61,468 nucleotides of DNA, filler included, from Circinaria calcarea (GCA_051942165.1; 8 parts of 8 records of this genome joined end to end with filler, not necessarily neighbours in it); one strand, 5' to 3'. Shown: positions 33,597-46,107, counted from the whole stretch's first letter. The notes: a model not told the origin generated them from the letters alone. Program-made: numbers and translations.

Positions 33597-36500
33597 TCAT
33601 GGAAGGTTATGTACTTTCTGTGATACTTCCTCTGCATGGTGGCTTGCGATGCTGGTGGTTTCTTCGTTTTCATGATCGGATAGCTCCTGGACTTTACCTG
33701 CTTTCTCTAGAGCCTCTCTTTGAGTATTAAGTTCGTCTGCTTCCTCCATTCGTCCAAGTTGCTCGTAAATTAATGCTAGGTTGTGCAAGCTTTTGAGCGT
33801 ATCGGGATGTTCTTCCCCCAGCACCTTCTTCCTTAATCTTAGCACCTCTGTTTGTAGCTCCTCAGCCTCATTTAATCTCTGTTGATTCAAGTAAGTATAT
33901 GCTAGGTTATGCAAGCTTCTGAGAGTCTCGGGATGTTCTCCCTCTAGCGCTTTCATCCTTAATCTTAGCACCTCTGTGTGTAGCTCCTCAGCCTCATTTA
34001 ATCTCTGTTGATTCAAGTAAATGCATGCTAGGTTGTGCATGCTTCCGAGAGTATCAGGATGTTTTTCCCCCAACACTTTCTTGCTTAATCTTAGCACCTC
34101 TGTGTATCGCTCCTCAGCCTCATTCAATCTCTGTTGATTCAAGTAAGTGTATGCTAGGTTATGCAAGCTTCTGAGAGTCTCAGGATGTTCTCCCCCCAGC
34201 GCCTTCATCCTTAATCTTAGCACCTCTGTGTATAGCTCCTCAGCCTCATCCCAGCTCTCTTGCTTTTCGTAAGTGTATGCTAAGTTTCCCATGCTTTGGA
34301 GAGTATCGGGATGTTCTTCCCCTAACACCTTCTTCCTTAATCTTAGCACCTCTATATGTAGCTCCTCAGCCTTATCCCAGCTCTCTTGCTTTTCGTAAAT
34401 ATATGCTAGGTTATACATGTTTCCGAGAGTACGAGGATATTCTTCCCCCAGCACCTTTTTCCTTAATCTTAACACCTCTATGTATAGCTCCTCGGCCTCA
34501 TTCAATTTCTCTTGCTGTTCGTAAATGCATGCTAAGTCTTCCATGTTTTCGAGGGTTTTAGGATGTTCTTCCCCAAACACCTCCTTCCTTGATCTTAGTA
34601 CCTCTGTGTATAGCTCCTCAGCCTCATTCCACCTCTCTTGGTTCGAGTAGGTATGTGCCAGGTCCGCCATAACATTTAGCGTCAGAATATGTCCTTCTCC
34701 AAGCATTTCGTTTCTCATCAATCTTAACACCTTCATCTGTAACTCTTCGGCTTCGTGCCATCGTTTTTGCCTTTGATACGTGGATGCTAAATCTTTGAAA
34801 GATCCTAGCGTCTCAGGAGATATCTCACCATACACCCTTTTCTTGAACTCCAACACTTGCTTTTGCAGCTCTTCAGCTTCCACTAATCTGCCGGTCTGGC
34901 AATAGGACAGTGCTAAATTTGCTATACTGATAATAATATCAGGGTGCTCCGTTCCCAACATTCTCCTTTGTATTTCAAGAACATTTTGGTAAAGCTTTTG
35001 ACCCATTTCGTGAGAATCTAAACCAAAGTAGCTGTTTGCTAGATGTGCTGTGAAACTCACAGTCAAACCGTTCTCTTCTCCTAGCGTACTCTTTGCTATT
35101 TCTAATAAGCGCACTTGGAGGTCCTTTGCTTCGTCGTAACGCCGCTGCCGCTGGCAACTGAATGCAAGGCAATCGATACAGCTAAGTGGACCTTCGTGTT
35201 TGTCCCAATTCACCCCCAAAACGCACTCATAAATCGCCAACGCTCGCCGGCTCAGTTCTTCGGCTGCTTTGTACTTTGCTCGATCGTTCAAACACCGTGC
35301 TAAATCCCTCATTCTATCCAGTGTTATCAGGTTCTGGTCGCCATATGCACTTATGCTCCACTCCAGAGCTAAGTTCGCCAGTGATTCTCCGTCATTGGAG
35401 GTGCCTTGCTTTGAAAAATAGCGAGACAAATTCGAAGCTAAATAAGCTCGGAGATCGTCATGTGCAGGAGAGAGCTGGTCATAAGCAAGGACGGCCCGTG
35501 CGTGTGGCAAGTACAACCGGCAAGTGCCCCACGTTTCATACTCTGGATCCGGGAACTCATCCGAGAGGGTTATCAAGCACGACTTTGCCCAATTGTCAAA
35601 CTCATCATTCAGTCTCAGCCAATTCCGCGTGGCCAAATACACCAATCGGTGCATATCAAATAATGTGTCATTTTGGCTGGCGGTGATTAGGGAGTATGCT
35701 TTTAGAATGCCTATAGCATTGGAAAGTTTCACTGTGCTTCCACAAGGCGGCAGAAGATCTTTCGGTATTCCTTGTCGATCGAGACAAGCCATGAAAGAAA
35801 GTAGATCGGCCGCTGAAGGATTGGACTGTCGGATCTGGTCGAATGAAATCACCCATGTCGCAGCAACGGGATTGCGCGTCTCGCCTTCTCTTGCGAGGTC
35901 CTCGAAATCCTCACTGAGAAGTTCTATCCGAGAGGCCTCACTTTCGTTGTACATCTGAAGGTACTCTTGCACCGTGGTCGAGTTCTCGGCGATATAAGAT
36001 GCGGCCTGAGTGATTGCGAGAGGGAGGTATTCCAGTACTTCAAGCAATTCCCTTACACTTTCCTGATTAGCGGTATTATCTTCCGAACGAGCTTGGAAGA
36101 GCTCTTCTGAATCGTTCCGTTCCATTGGTCCTAGGGAAATAACCCCGCTAATCGTCGAGAATTTTATGCCAACTTTCTTGTTTCGCGTGGTGAATAAGAT
36201 CGATCCATTCGAGCACTGGGGGACGAAATCGGAAAGACGCTTCGTGCCAGCAGACTCCGCTGGCCCGAAGAATAGATCCGCATCGTCCGCATTGTCAATA
36301 ATCATCAACCACTTGCCAGCCGCCTTGCTGTTTAGCCAATCTTTGACAAGCTTCTTAGTGTCTTGGTTAGGATCATTAATCCCAGGTATCTTTGCCCTTG
36401 TTCCAATCTGGAGGTAGTCCTGATCAAATCGCGATGCGGTACTTGCGTACACCCAGAATACTGAGGCTTCAGGGTGCTTTTTATGGAATCTATAAGCATA

Positions 36501-37485
36501 CTCAATGGCAACCTGTGACTTTCTGAACAGTATCAGTCAAAAGTAGTGCAACTAAATGCCATTGATTCCACGTACCCGATCCCGCCGAGACCAACCAAAG
36601 TCACACGATTGTGTCTATTCCCTGGCTCAAGTTTTGCAGCGAGATCGTTGAGGTAGATGTCCTGGCCAACGAAGCCTGGATTCCTGGCGAAGGGAACCAT
36701 AAAGTGACTTGCTATACTGATGCATTCAGGTGGCAATGGCTGCGCGTTTGAATTCAACTTTACCGTACTGTCAGCTTCACAGCTCATTCGATGCTTATGC
36801 AGAGTCTCTGGTGTTGTAAAATCTTGTCGTATGAGCAACCACACCAATTTAGACCAGATATAAGAACATTGGTAATAGCAGGCATATTTCGGAACTAGCA
36901 TTCAAAGGCAAGAACATCAATAAGCACGATAGAAACGTAAGGAAAAAGATCTCTGTACCGTGAGTTGCTGCATGATACTGTTCATCTGCAAAGTAATTGC
37001 CGGGAGTTCTTTATGGAGTAATGCTCTAAACGGGTGTCAGTCATAGTCACAGTCGAATTCTGGGAATCCTACGAATCTATTGTCTGAATGGCTAGGGTTA
37101 ATGAGCTCTTCTGCCGCTCGAGTTTCTCAAACAGTGCATTGATCTTCTTTTCTTTCATGATCCCATCAATAGCCTTCCAGAGCTGCTTTACTTTCCCATC
37201 TCCGACTTCCAAGGCGGTCTTCCTTAAAGTATCTTGTAAAAGATTCACTTCGACGAGACATTCTCTCAGTATCGAAGCTACCGCCCCAGTCTGAAGTGAC
37301 TGATTACTCTCAATCAGTCGGGAGACCTCGACGAGCCGCTCAATCTGGACCACCTGCTTCCGGACGGATTCAGGCGCGTCTTGGACCTTCTTGTATAGAT
37401 CTGAAACGAAGACTATTACTTTGACGCCCTGCTCAACAAGCTGGGAGGCGGCTGCCAAGGCTCCCAGCACTTCGAGTCCGGACAT
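33597..37485 (-). CDS. Fungal NLR-like STAND protein: SesA/HeLo-like N-terminal domain + NB-ARC + TPR array, multi-exon, apparently intact
   Basis: N-terminus MSGLEVLGALAAASQLVEQG..; VPFARNPGFVG; Walker A GLGGIG/KSQ across an intron; Walker B WLMIIDNADD; GSILFTTR; LPLAITQAA; DMHRLV; then 42-aa repeats of the HPDTL.S..NLA..Y..Q....EAEEL...VL type. Confidence 0.92.
33730..34700 (-). repeat. Array of highly similar 126-bp TPR-coding repeats
   Basis: The sequence cttaatcttagcacctct...tagctcctcagcctca recurs at a 126-nt period. Confidence 0.9.
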
Positions 37486-37965
37486 CGCCTCATGCGAGAA
37501 CGGTAGGTGCCTTCAGTGGAACGCTCGTTATTGTTCTTCCACCGGAACTATGGGAGTAACTGTTGTGTATATGAGATAGGCGATATGATCCTGTATATCG
37601 ATTCAACACGCGAGGCTGAGAAAGAGGAGGTCCAAGGCAGCTCTTGTGTGCCCCTGCTGTCAGCCACAGCCACATGGAAGCAGGCCCGACCAATCACTCG
37701 ACATATCCCTCCACTATAAGGAATCCAGCGATGGGCTGCAGGTATCGCAGATTGCCGACATCGCTATCGAAGCCTATGGTTGGATACAATCCTGCAAGTA
37801 TCAATGGACGTTGCATGAAATACCATCACGTGCGCTTAGATTCCACTCCGCCCCCTGTCCTACTTTATCTCTATCTCCTCCCTTATCGGCTCCCCATGCG
37901 CCAAGGACTGACTCCGGAACCAATGCCTTAAGAACGTGTCCCGCCGCCCAGATAATTCAACGACT

Positions 37966-38422
37966 TCAAAATGAGCAAGCTGCTGGGCGCCCTAGAGAGA
38001 TTCTTCTCAAGATGGTCCGACAAGTCCGTCCTCCACCCAACTTGCAACTCGTACAGTTGCAGGAAGATGGATCGGGACCTGAGTTTGAGCACGCGACGGA
38101 TCTACTGAAGGAGTGGGATCTCGACTTTGACTTTGGCGGGACGGCTATTGAGATTGGAAGCGGGATTCGGGATAGGATACCTGGGTATAGGACCTCTGCT
38201 GGTGAGTACAGGAGGAGGTCCTTGCAGGGATTGCGCCAGACGGTTATGCGATCTCCCGCACATTCGTCGAAGCACATTAGGCAATGAATAACCGTCATGC
38301 TATTAATATCCTCTTCAATAGACGGATACTTTGGATCAATTGCTAATCTATCGAACTTGTCAGCCTTCCTCTCCACTCTCCGCCAAAACCTCCACCTCTC
38401 CTCTTCCCTCCTCGCCCCAGAC
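37966..38422 (-). CDS. 3' part of an unidentified protein, frame open to the contig end
   Basis: The open frame reads ...RWRFWRRVERKADKFDRLAIDPKYPSIEEDINSMTVIHCLMCFDECAGDRITVWRNPCKDLLLY... No family is recognised. Confidence 0.4.
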
Positions 38423-38522
38423 NNNNNNNNNNNNNNNNNNNNNNNNNNNNNNNNNNNNNNNNNNNNTTAATTAATTAANNNNNNNNNNNNNNNNNNNNNN
38501 NNNNNNNNNNNNNNNNNNNNNN
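38423..38522. other. Artificial contig-joining spacer
   Basis: N44-TTAATTAATTAA-N44. Confidence 0.99.
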
Positions 38523-38708
38523 TCCTCCTCCTCCTCCTCCGTGCATACCCTTCCCTTCCCTACCCCTTTTGGCCTTTCCTTTTGGGCTTTTCCCTTTCCC
38601 TTTTACCCCGCCCCCAAACTTAACCCTTTGGTTTTGGGGGGAAATCAAAAAATCAATTGAGGGGATGAATTGAGGGGGGCCGAAAGAGATTCCCCCCCCT
38701 CTTGGGAG

Positions 38709-38811
38709 CAAGGCTTCCAATAGTGCAGCCGGTGCAGTGCAGAGGACTGTACTGCACCGTCTTGGCAGTGCAAGGCTCTGCACTGTACTGCACTGCCGCA
38801 CTGCCAAGGTT
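38709..38811. repeat. Double hairpin built from TGCAG/CTGCA units; possible MITE or DNA-transposon subterminal region
   Basis: CGGTGCAGTGCAG-AGGA-CTGTACTGCACCG (38730-38759) and CTTGGCAGTGC...GCACTGCCAAG (38761-38771 / 38798-38808). Confidence 0.6.
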
Positions 38812-40484
38812 TCATAGAAAATAGCGTAGAAGCCCCAACCTTCTACTCCACCCCACAGTACCTCTTTATAGTTGTAATCCATCTCCTTCCATGGTCTATA
38901 AGACCTCGCCCATAGCCTATGCTTTCCGGACTCAATTGCGCGGAGGTAGGATTCGAATAATATAGAAAGGCGGAGGACGATGTATGAAGGCAAATAGTAA
39001 AAGGAATAAAGGAAAATCTCATTCCGCTTAAAGCTTAAGGTAAAAGCTTAAGGGATTAATACATACGGAGCTAAAAACTATTAATTAATTATCACGACCT
39101 TTTTAGGTGTGGTGTTTTTTATATAAAGCCGTGTCAGGGCGCTGCAATCCTTGGGGGCCTATTGAGGAATATAATAGGTCCCGATTGGTAATAGCACGGT
39201 TACATAGGGTGTAGTTGAACTGTTGCCCTAGGCTTAAAATAAAAGGAGTATATTGAACTCGTTATGGTTCTATAAGCATACTATTCTAAAGAGCGGGAAT
39301 AGCCTATTTGTATATTACAGTGCTCATCATCCTCATTTTTATGAGTATATTGAATAACCTCCGTGCTCACCTTGCTCACCTCCATGAGCATGCTAAACAA
39401 CCGGCCTCATGATTCCTTTCCTCCGGGGTTAGTCCATTCTGGGCTTAGTACATGTCATGGTGCTGGCGGCATAACAGAGGCGAGGAAAATAAGCTTGAAG
39501 CGGATTAATTTTATTTCTTGGATTTTAATTTCCGGAGCTATGCAATAATACTATATATATTATATCCTCTGTATAATAGTATAATTCCGGGAGCGGAGGA
39601 GATTTTATTATATCGTTTTTATAAGTCTGTAGTCGAAAATGATTGCGAAAGTTGTTGGAAGCCATAGGGCTTAGAATACCGAGTCGTGTAATCGACGTGA
39701 ATATTGAGGTCAATGCTTCAACACCTCTCCCACTACATCAAAGCTGTTTCCATAGCGTAGCATAGCTAGATACCTACACTACACACATAGCAATACATGC
39801 ATGCCACCATACATGCTGCTTATCAAAAGTACATCACGTTTCAGCATGCAGAGCACACGGTTGATAATCTACTTTACACCACTCCATTTTTACAACCTGC
39901 AGGCAGCTTGTATACCTAGAGCTCCCTCGCACTATACCGCTCGTGTCTTTAGTCGAATCTCGTGGTTACGGTGCTAACGATGGTGTGGTCAACCGGTCTG
40001 AGATCTGCCATTCAGCAGAGGACAGAAACGTGCCCCTGAGCTCAGTCAGAGCTCTCCCAAAGGTTGCGGCTTTCGCGAGAGAGCTGAGTAGTCCGAGGAT
40101 TCAGGTAATATAATGCCCTGATTGGGTAACAAGTGCGTAGGTTATGCTTCCACTCGCCAACTCTTAATATTCGAATACGAAAGCGTTCTGCAGTGGATGT
40201 CCCCTGCTCCTTTCTCACGGAGACGTTGGTTTGGAGAGGATGCAGGGAAGACAGTTTGGCTTATTGAAATATCAGGTTTGGAGTGAGTGAGATGCTCGGA
40301 GTGCTAAATAGGAGTGGAGGAGTCTGTTGGATAAGAAATGGGGACTTGTGCTTGAAGGAAATTGTGCTCAAAGACTGGATGCACTTTGCTAAACGATTGG
40401 ATTTCTGCAGTAAGATATTTATTTATAAATCACTATTGTATTATCATTGAAACCTGCCTGATTCTAATGATAGTATTCTAGAGT

Positions 40485-42782
40485 TCAGCTTTGTGATGTC
40501 TTTGATTGCATTGCTTCCTGTAAGCACTCCATCACGGGTGCATACAACGTACCGTTCCTCATGGAATGATAAACAGCAGTCATCAATGAGGAGACGGTCG
40601 GCGTCTGGATCCTTTCTTGCCGATCTGACTGCGCGCCGTTTACCTTGTGCTCAGCTGACTCAGGCTCAGGGGTAGTGATGGTCATCTCCTGCATAAACGG
40701 CACACGGAGGTGCTCACGTACGAATCGATACATACGGCAAGACGCCAGCCCCAGAAAAGGTGTTGCGTCCTGCGCGCCGATATAGCTCTCCCGGTTAAGG
40801 TTGAACTCAGCAAGAGCCCGGGCTGAGCAGCGTGCTGACCATACGCTCAAAGCTGTGAGTGTTTTTAACGAGCATGGCGCGGCTCGCAAGATCGTGGATT
40901 GCAGTAAGTCCATAATGTGCGCGAATCGCTTGCCAGAATCCATTCCAACAGTCTGATCCATATGCCTCTTGAAGGCTGCCCATAAAGTAAGTTCGCATGG
41001 GTTCAGCCAGCTTCGATCCTCTCCCACATCTTTGAAGACCTCATACGTAATTTCAATGAAGAGAGAATGAAAGGTCTCGAGAAAGTTGATGTTCGTAGCC
41101 CGCAGATCAACAGCCTGGCAAACAGCAATTAAATGAACCGCCGACAATTGAGACAACACATCAAGGGCGTCAAGGGTATATCGTGCTGAAATTAGAGCCA
41201 GAGAGTTCAGTGCCTGATTGCCCATCTCGGCTGTCTGAATATGGCTTCCGACCGGATTTGCGAGAAAACCTAGCTCGGATTGCAAGGCCGCGACCATAAT
41301 ATCAGTCCCTTTCCAAATATATGATTCACTGGGTTCGTCTACTACCAAATTGGGTGGAAGCCCGCGGCTTGTAGCCGGATTAATAAGCTCCGTACATTGG
41401 ACTGAAAGCATGCGACCGATTGTTTGACAGCCCTGGCGAACTTTTTCCATAGCAGACGTGATCGCCTTGGCCTGGAAGTTCCCGCCATGTATCATGCGGT
41501 CTGTTCCAGTATTTACAAGTGGATTATCTGTGACAGAGTTGATTTCAATAGTCACTTGTTGGTGAGCTAGAAGCAGATCTTCGAGAACAGGCCCAATCCA
41601 TTGTGATGCTGTACGAATAGAATACCTATCTTGACGGAGCGAAGCCTCTTCTGAGCCATCGCTGCGATGAACTAGCCTAGATTCACCCAGGAATGAGTAG
41701 ATGTTGCGTGCTGATTCTTCCTGGCCTGGGTGGGGACGAAATTTAGCAAAAAAAGGGTCAAAACTCTCGTCCGTTCCGCACAAAGCTTCGACGGTCATGG
41801 CTGTAAGCGTCTGCGATAGCATAACCTGACAGTGTATTTCGTGCATTGCCAAAGTAGCGACTGCTGCGGATATGGCTGTGCCATTAACTATGGCAAGACC
41901 TTTTTTTGGCCCCAACTTCACAGGTTTAATACCTGCTTTATTAAGAGCGACATCAGCTCTTTCAATCTGCCGCTGTTCTATGGATCTTTTGCCGGTCCAC
42001 GCTGCGATAGTCGGCTTTCCCTGCATTATTCCAGCAATATATGATAGAGGACTTAGATCTTCTGATGCAGAGATGCTTCCGCGGATTGGGATCCTTGGGA
42101 CTATATCGTGCTCGAGGAGTTGCACAAGGCTGTTAACGGTAGATACTTGCACTCCCGATACGCCACTGGCAAGGGAGTTCAGACGAATCAGCATGGACGC
42201 CCGGACCCAAGACTCTAGCATGCAGGTGGCAGCTTCAGGGTCATCGAGAGGCAATGACTTCAAAAGTTTAGCCGTCACGCTCGATCCGTTCTTGGCGGGT
42301 GTGTGTTCCAAGTCTACCGGTTACACCAGCATACCATAGTGAAGGCCTCGAGTCAATAGCCGTTGGAGTTCCTCTACTGCCTTTGTCCGAGTATTTGCAC
42401 TACCTCCAAACCCAGTATTGACGCCTTTTATTTCCGCCTTAGTATACTACTAGGACAAAATATTAAAGTGGTTCTCTTCACCGACCATATATAATATCTC
42501 CCCTTTCTAGGCTTTGGTGGACCGCCTGAGCGCTCTTTGCCACAAGCTGTATGGCAGCGTCCTCGAGGTGAATTGCAGAACCATTCCTAACGACCATTTA
42601 TATTAGTATTAGAAATGCCACACTCTAAAGTACTAAACTTGCCTGGCTACTACTACGATTTCGGCAAGATTAAGACTGTGACCATTGATAGAAATATCGC
42701 CGTTTGTTGAGTTGAAAATCTTTATGAACGAATTCCAATGTGCCAGTAAAATTTCATTATAGGAGTCTGTCCAACACTCCAT
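40485..42782 (-). pseudogene. PAL: Phenylalanine ammonia-lyase (aromatic amino acid lyase family), inactivated
   Basis: Motifs Y/GVNTGFGGSA, GSISASEDLSPLSY, GLAIVNGT, LRQDRYSIRT, NSVTDNPL, HGGNFQ and AEMGNQALNSL. In-frame TAA at 42321-42323. The MIO triad ASG is changed to ASE (42060-42062). Confidence 0.88.
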
Positions 42783-43995
42783 ACTAAATATTCTTTTGCT
42801 TTCTTGACTGCGGCAAGTCGATCTACGGTCTTCGCATTATTCACACACGATTATGTGCTGTCAACAAATAGAGATGTTAATGTTATAAAGTAATCCAAGA
42901 AAACAGGAAGGTATACAGGTAGGGCATTACGTCTTCTACTATAAGGCACGAGGGAAGGAAATATGTATAAATGCTATGGAAAAATGCTATGAAAAATGTG
43001 ATGAAGAAGATGGTGTTGGAAGAAAGCCGGTGGGGATGGCGCAGGTATGGAATAAAATGCGTGCTAAACCAGCCCTAACAATTGGCGCGTTTCTCGCACT
43101 TTCGGTTTCCCGTCCATGCAGGAGAGACATCGAAACAGCTCAGCGTCGGTGCCACCCAGAGTGGATCCTGACAATACCGCTTAGGTACCTTTCTAGCGGC
43201 ACAAACATCAATCCATATCCACCGTCCTTCGAGTAACATTGGAGTAGGTCTAAGGCACAGTACAGTCGGATTATTTCTATACAGGAGTACTCGTGACGTC
43301 GAATCGTAGGTTGGCTTGATCCCGAGGGCTTATCAGTCAAGGCATCAAATCGGTTCAGCTATGGAGGCAAAGCAGACTCTTGAGTTGCATTGCCTACTCC
43401 GTAAGTACCCCCCAGCTTCTACGTCTGGTCAATAACCAGAATTGTCCTGCAGAATGATAATAAAGTGACGTACTACTGTGCCAGGAATAATCATTACTAG
43501 CGCTGAAAATCATACAAAGGACTTAAAAGAGTCTAGGGTGTAGGCGTTGAATATGCCGGGCGACGTGGTTATTTGGGAGTTTGGTGAGTCTCAGCGTTAG
43601 CGGTAGCTTGCTGGACTAGTTTAAAATTTTAAGCTGACAGCCTACCTTAGCTTACTATCTTTACGGTGGGCTGAGCCGCTGAGCCGCTTAAATCGATCCG
43701 GTCAGTTCAGGCCGTATGGCCGTCGGTAACGGCCCGTTTTTGCCAACGCTAGCCATCGTTATCCTGGACGCTGGCTTCGCATCAGATACTCCGTACCGCA
43801 CTCAATGCCTTAGGCCGAAAAGTGCAAGTTAAGCGAGTCGTCTAACTATTTTTGCATCCTCCGGTAAATCTATCGAGTATGTGCCCTTCAGTTTATACTA
43901 CTCAGTAAGCTATCGTGTCTTCTTACCAGAATTAACTGCTGAGAGATCTTGAGCTTGACTTGGGATTATTTCCTTCGCCTGCAGCTACGGCAATA

Positions 43996-45441
43996 ATGTC
44001 TGCTTCTTTGTTCGAAGTCACCGAGCATATTATACCATGCCAGCACATTAGAGAATATCCTCATGCCGTCAAGTCCTCCCAAGATGCTATCAAACTCGCC
44101 ATCAAGGAATATAGGCCTTTGAACAATTTAAACGCTTCACCTGATTCCATTACCATTATAGCGGCTCATGCCAACGGCGTGCCAAAGGTTCGTAGTATAC
44201 GTGCTCTCAGACACTGTGCAGCTGGGCATCAGGGAAGGCTCACCATAATCCAAGGAGACTTATGAGCCTTTGTGGGATGATCTGCACAAGACCCTCGACG
44301 TTAAAATCAGAGCGATTTGGTTCGCCGATAGCTCTCATCAAGGAGCTAGTGGGGTACTGAACGAGAACCTTCAGGGTGATGACCGTAAGCTGTGCTTTGC
44401 CCGGAAATATTACATATTTGGCACTGATACGGTTTGCCTCTTAGCATCTTGGTTTGACCATTCACGAGATCTGCTTAATATGGTCAATCACTTCAGGAAC
44501 TCTATAGTCCAACCTATTTTAGGAATCGCTCATAGTATGGGCTGCGCGCAACTGTACCTCAATTGCTGTCTAGTCCAGCTAGCAACCAAAACTAATGTTT
44601 TCCAAGTGTCCAGCTATCTTTAATACACCCTCGCCTCTTTCACAGTTTGATATTAATGGAGCCGGTTATTCAGGACGCTCCTCCTTCCGGTCCAAACGCC
44701 GCCTATCTTACCAGCTACCGACCAGACCTATGGCCTTCACGCAGCGACGCAGAGTTCTACTTCCGCCAAAACCGGTTCTTTAAGACCTGGGATCCCCGCG
44801 TTTTCGATAGATACCTACAGTTTGCTCTCCGCAACGCACCTACCGCACTGTACCCCGAGGCTGTCCCAGATGCCGTCACACTCACGACCACCAAGCATCA
44901 AGAAGCCTGGTCGTATGTCCGTTCAAACTTCACCCCGCGTTCAACAAACCCGCATGATACAGTGGAGCACTTAGTGGCACCCGATCTGGATTTCTTTAAC
45001 GAGGGATCGTACCGTTTCCACCGCGCAGAGTCCTGTCTAGGATTACGCGCTTTGCCGTATGTTCGGCCGACCATACTATGGATATTCGGTGCGAAGAGCT
45101 TCATCAATACCCCTGCGTCCCAGGACCAGAAGATGGCGATGGCAGGGTCCGGTGTAGGGGGCAGTGGGGGAGCAGGAGCTGGAATGGTTGAAAGGGTTAT
45201 TATAGAAAGTGCAGGACATATGGCACCGTTAGAGCGGGTGCAAGAGACGGCAGATATTACTGCTCGATATTTGAAGAAAGAAATTAAGAGATTCAGGGAC
45301 GAGGAGGCATTCTATAAGAACTTCAACAGCGGCAAGTCGGAGCGAGACATGCTAGTTATGTCCAAGGAATGGCTTGATGCGGTGAGGCAGAAGGCGGACA
45401 CGAGAAGGTCTGTTAAATTGAGTTGTAAATCGCATCTATAG
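43996..45441 (+). CDS. Alpha/beta-hydrolase of the MpaH / toxin-biosynthesis type with a PTS1-like C-terminus (SHL), multi-exon
   Basis: Motifs EHIIPCQHIREYP, AHANGVPKE/TYEPLWDDL, SWFDHSRDLL, GIAHSMG nucleophile elbow, LTTTKHQEA and GHMAPLE. Ends KSHL. Confidence 0.85.
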
Positions 45442-45512
45442 TTAGAACTTATAGGTATAGGGCTTCTGAGAATCTCCCGTATACCTCTAGACCTAGAAGT
45501 ACCGTGCTGAAA

Positions 45513-46107
45513 TCATGAATTGTACAGTTTGTCTATTTCTTGCAAGTAGAGCGTGAGGCTCTGCTGCCTCGAAACCGTTCCTTTTGCCGTCCGCACCAGA
45601 GGCTTTGCATGATCGGTAAATATGATCAGACGCCTGGAAAGCTTGACATAGTCAGAGCACTGCTTATTCGCCTTTTCGACAACGGGCCAGAGCTCATTAA
45701 GCTTTGTCTCCGCTATCCTCGCATTATCTTTCCACTCGATTAGGAGGAATGGTCTGGACCTTCCGTTCCCGCCAATAAGCGCTGCTGCAACGTCTGGATG
45801 CTTTTCGATCTCGGCCTCCATATCGGAAGCATAGAGATCTTCTCCATGTGAGAAAATAATCAGGTCGTCGGTCCGTCCCGCATATTGCCAAAGCTCAGGC
45901 TCAGAATGGTGTTTTCTGAATAGATCTTTAGTCGGAAATCGATTAAGATCTGGGTAGACGTGAAAGAGTTGTTGCCAACGCTCAAGCTCGGCTTTCCGCA
46001 CAAATACAAGTTCGTAAAGGTCAGTAGTCCTTTGCTCAAACTCGACGCCCATACCTGGACGGAAACGGTAGTAGTCCCAATCGTCATCATTACGAATTTG
46101 AATAAAA
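45513..46107 (-). CDS. C-terminal part of an ANL-family adenylate-forming enzyme (NRPS-like A domain) with no following T or R domain; 5'-truncated
   Basis: Motifs WDYYRF, YELVFVR, TKDLFRKH...WQYAGRTDDLIIFSHGE and RTAKGTVSR...EIDKLY, then a stop. Confidence 0.85.

Noticed and set aside
32080..37485. Functional pairing of the methyltransferase with the adjacent NLR
   Set aside because: Only convergent adjacency, with no shared motif (e.g. an amyloid signalling sequence) or known precedent to support it.
43718..43734. GGCCGT-N5-ACGGCC inverted repeat as a Zn2Cys6 site in the PAL/hydrolase intergenic region
   Set aside because: A single 6-bp inverted repeat is expected by chance, and I did not see a second copy.
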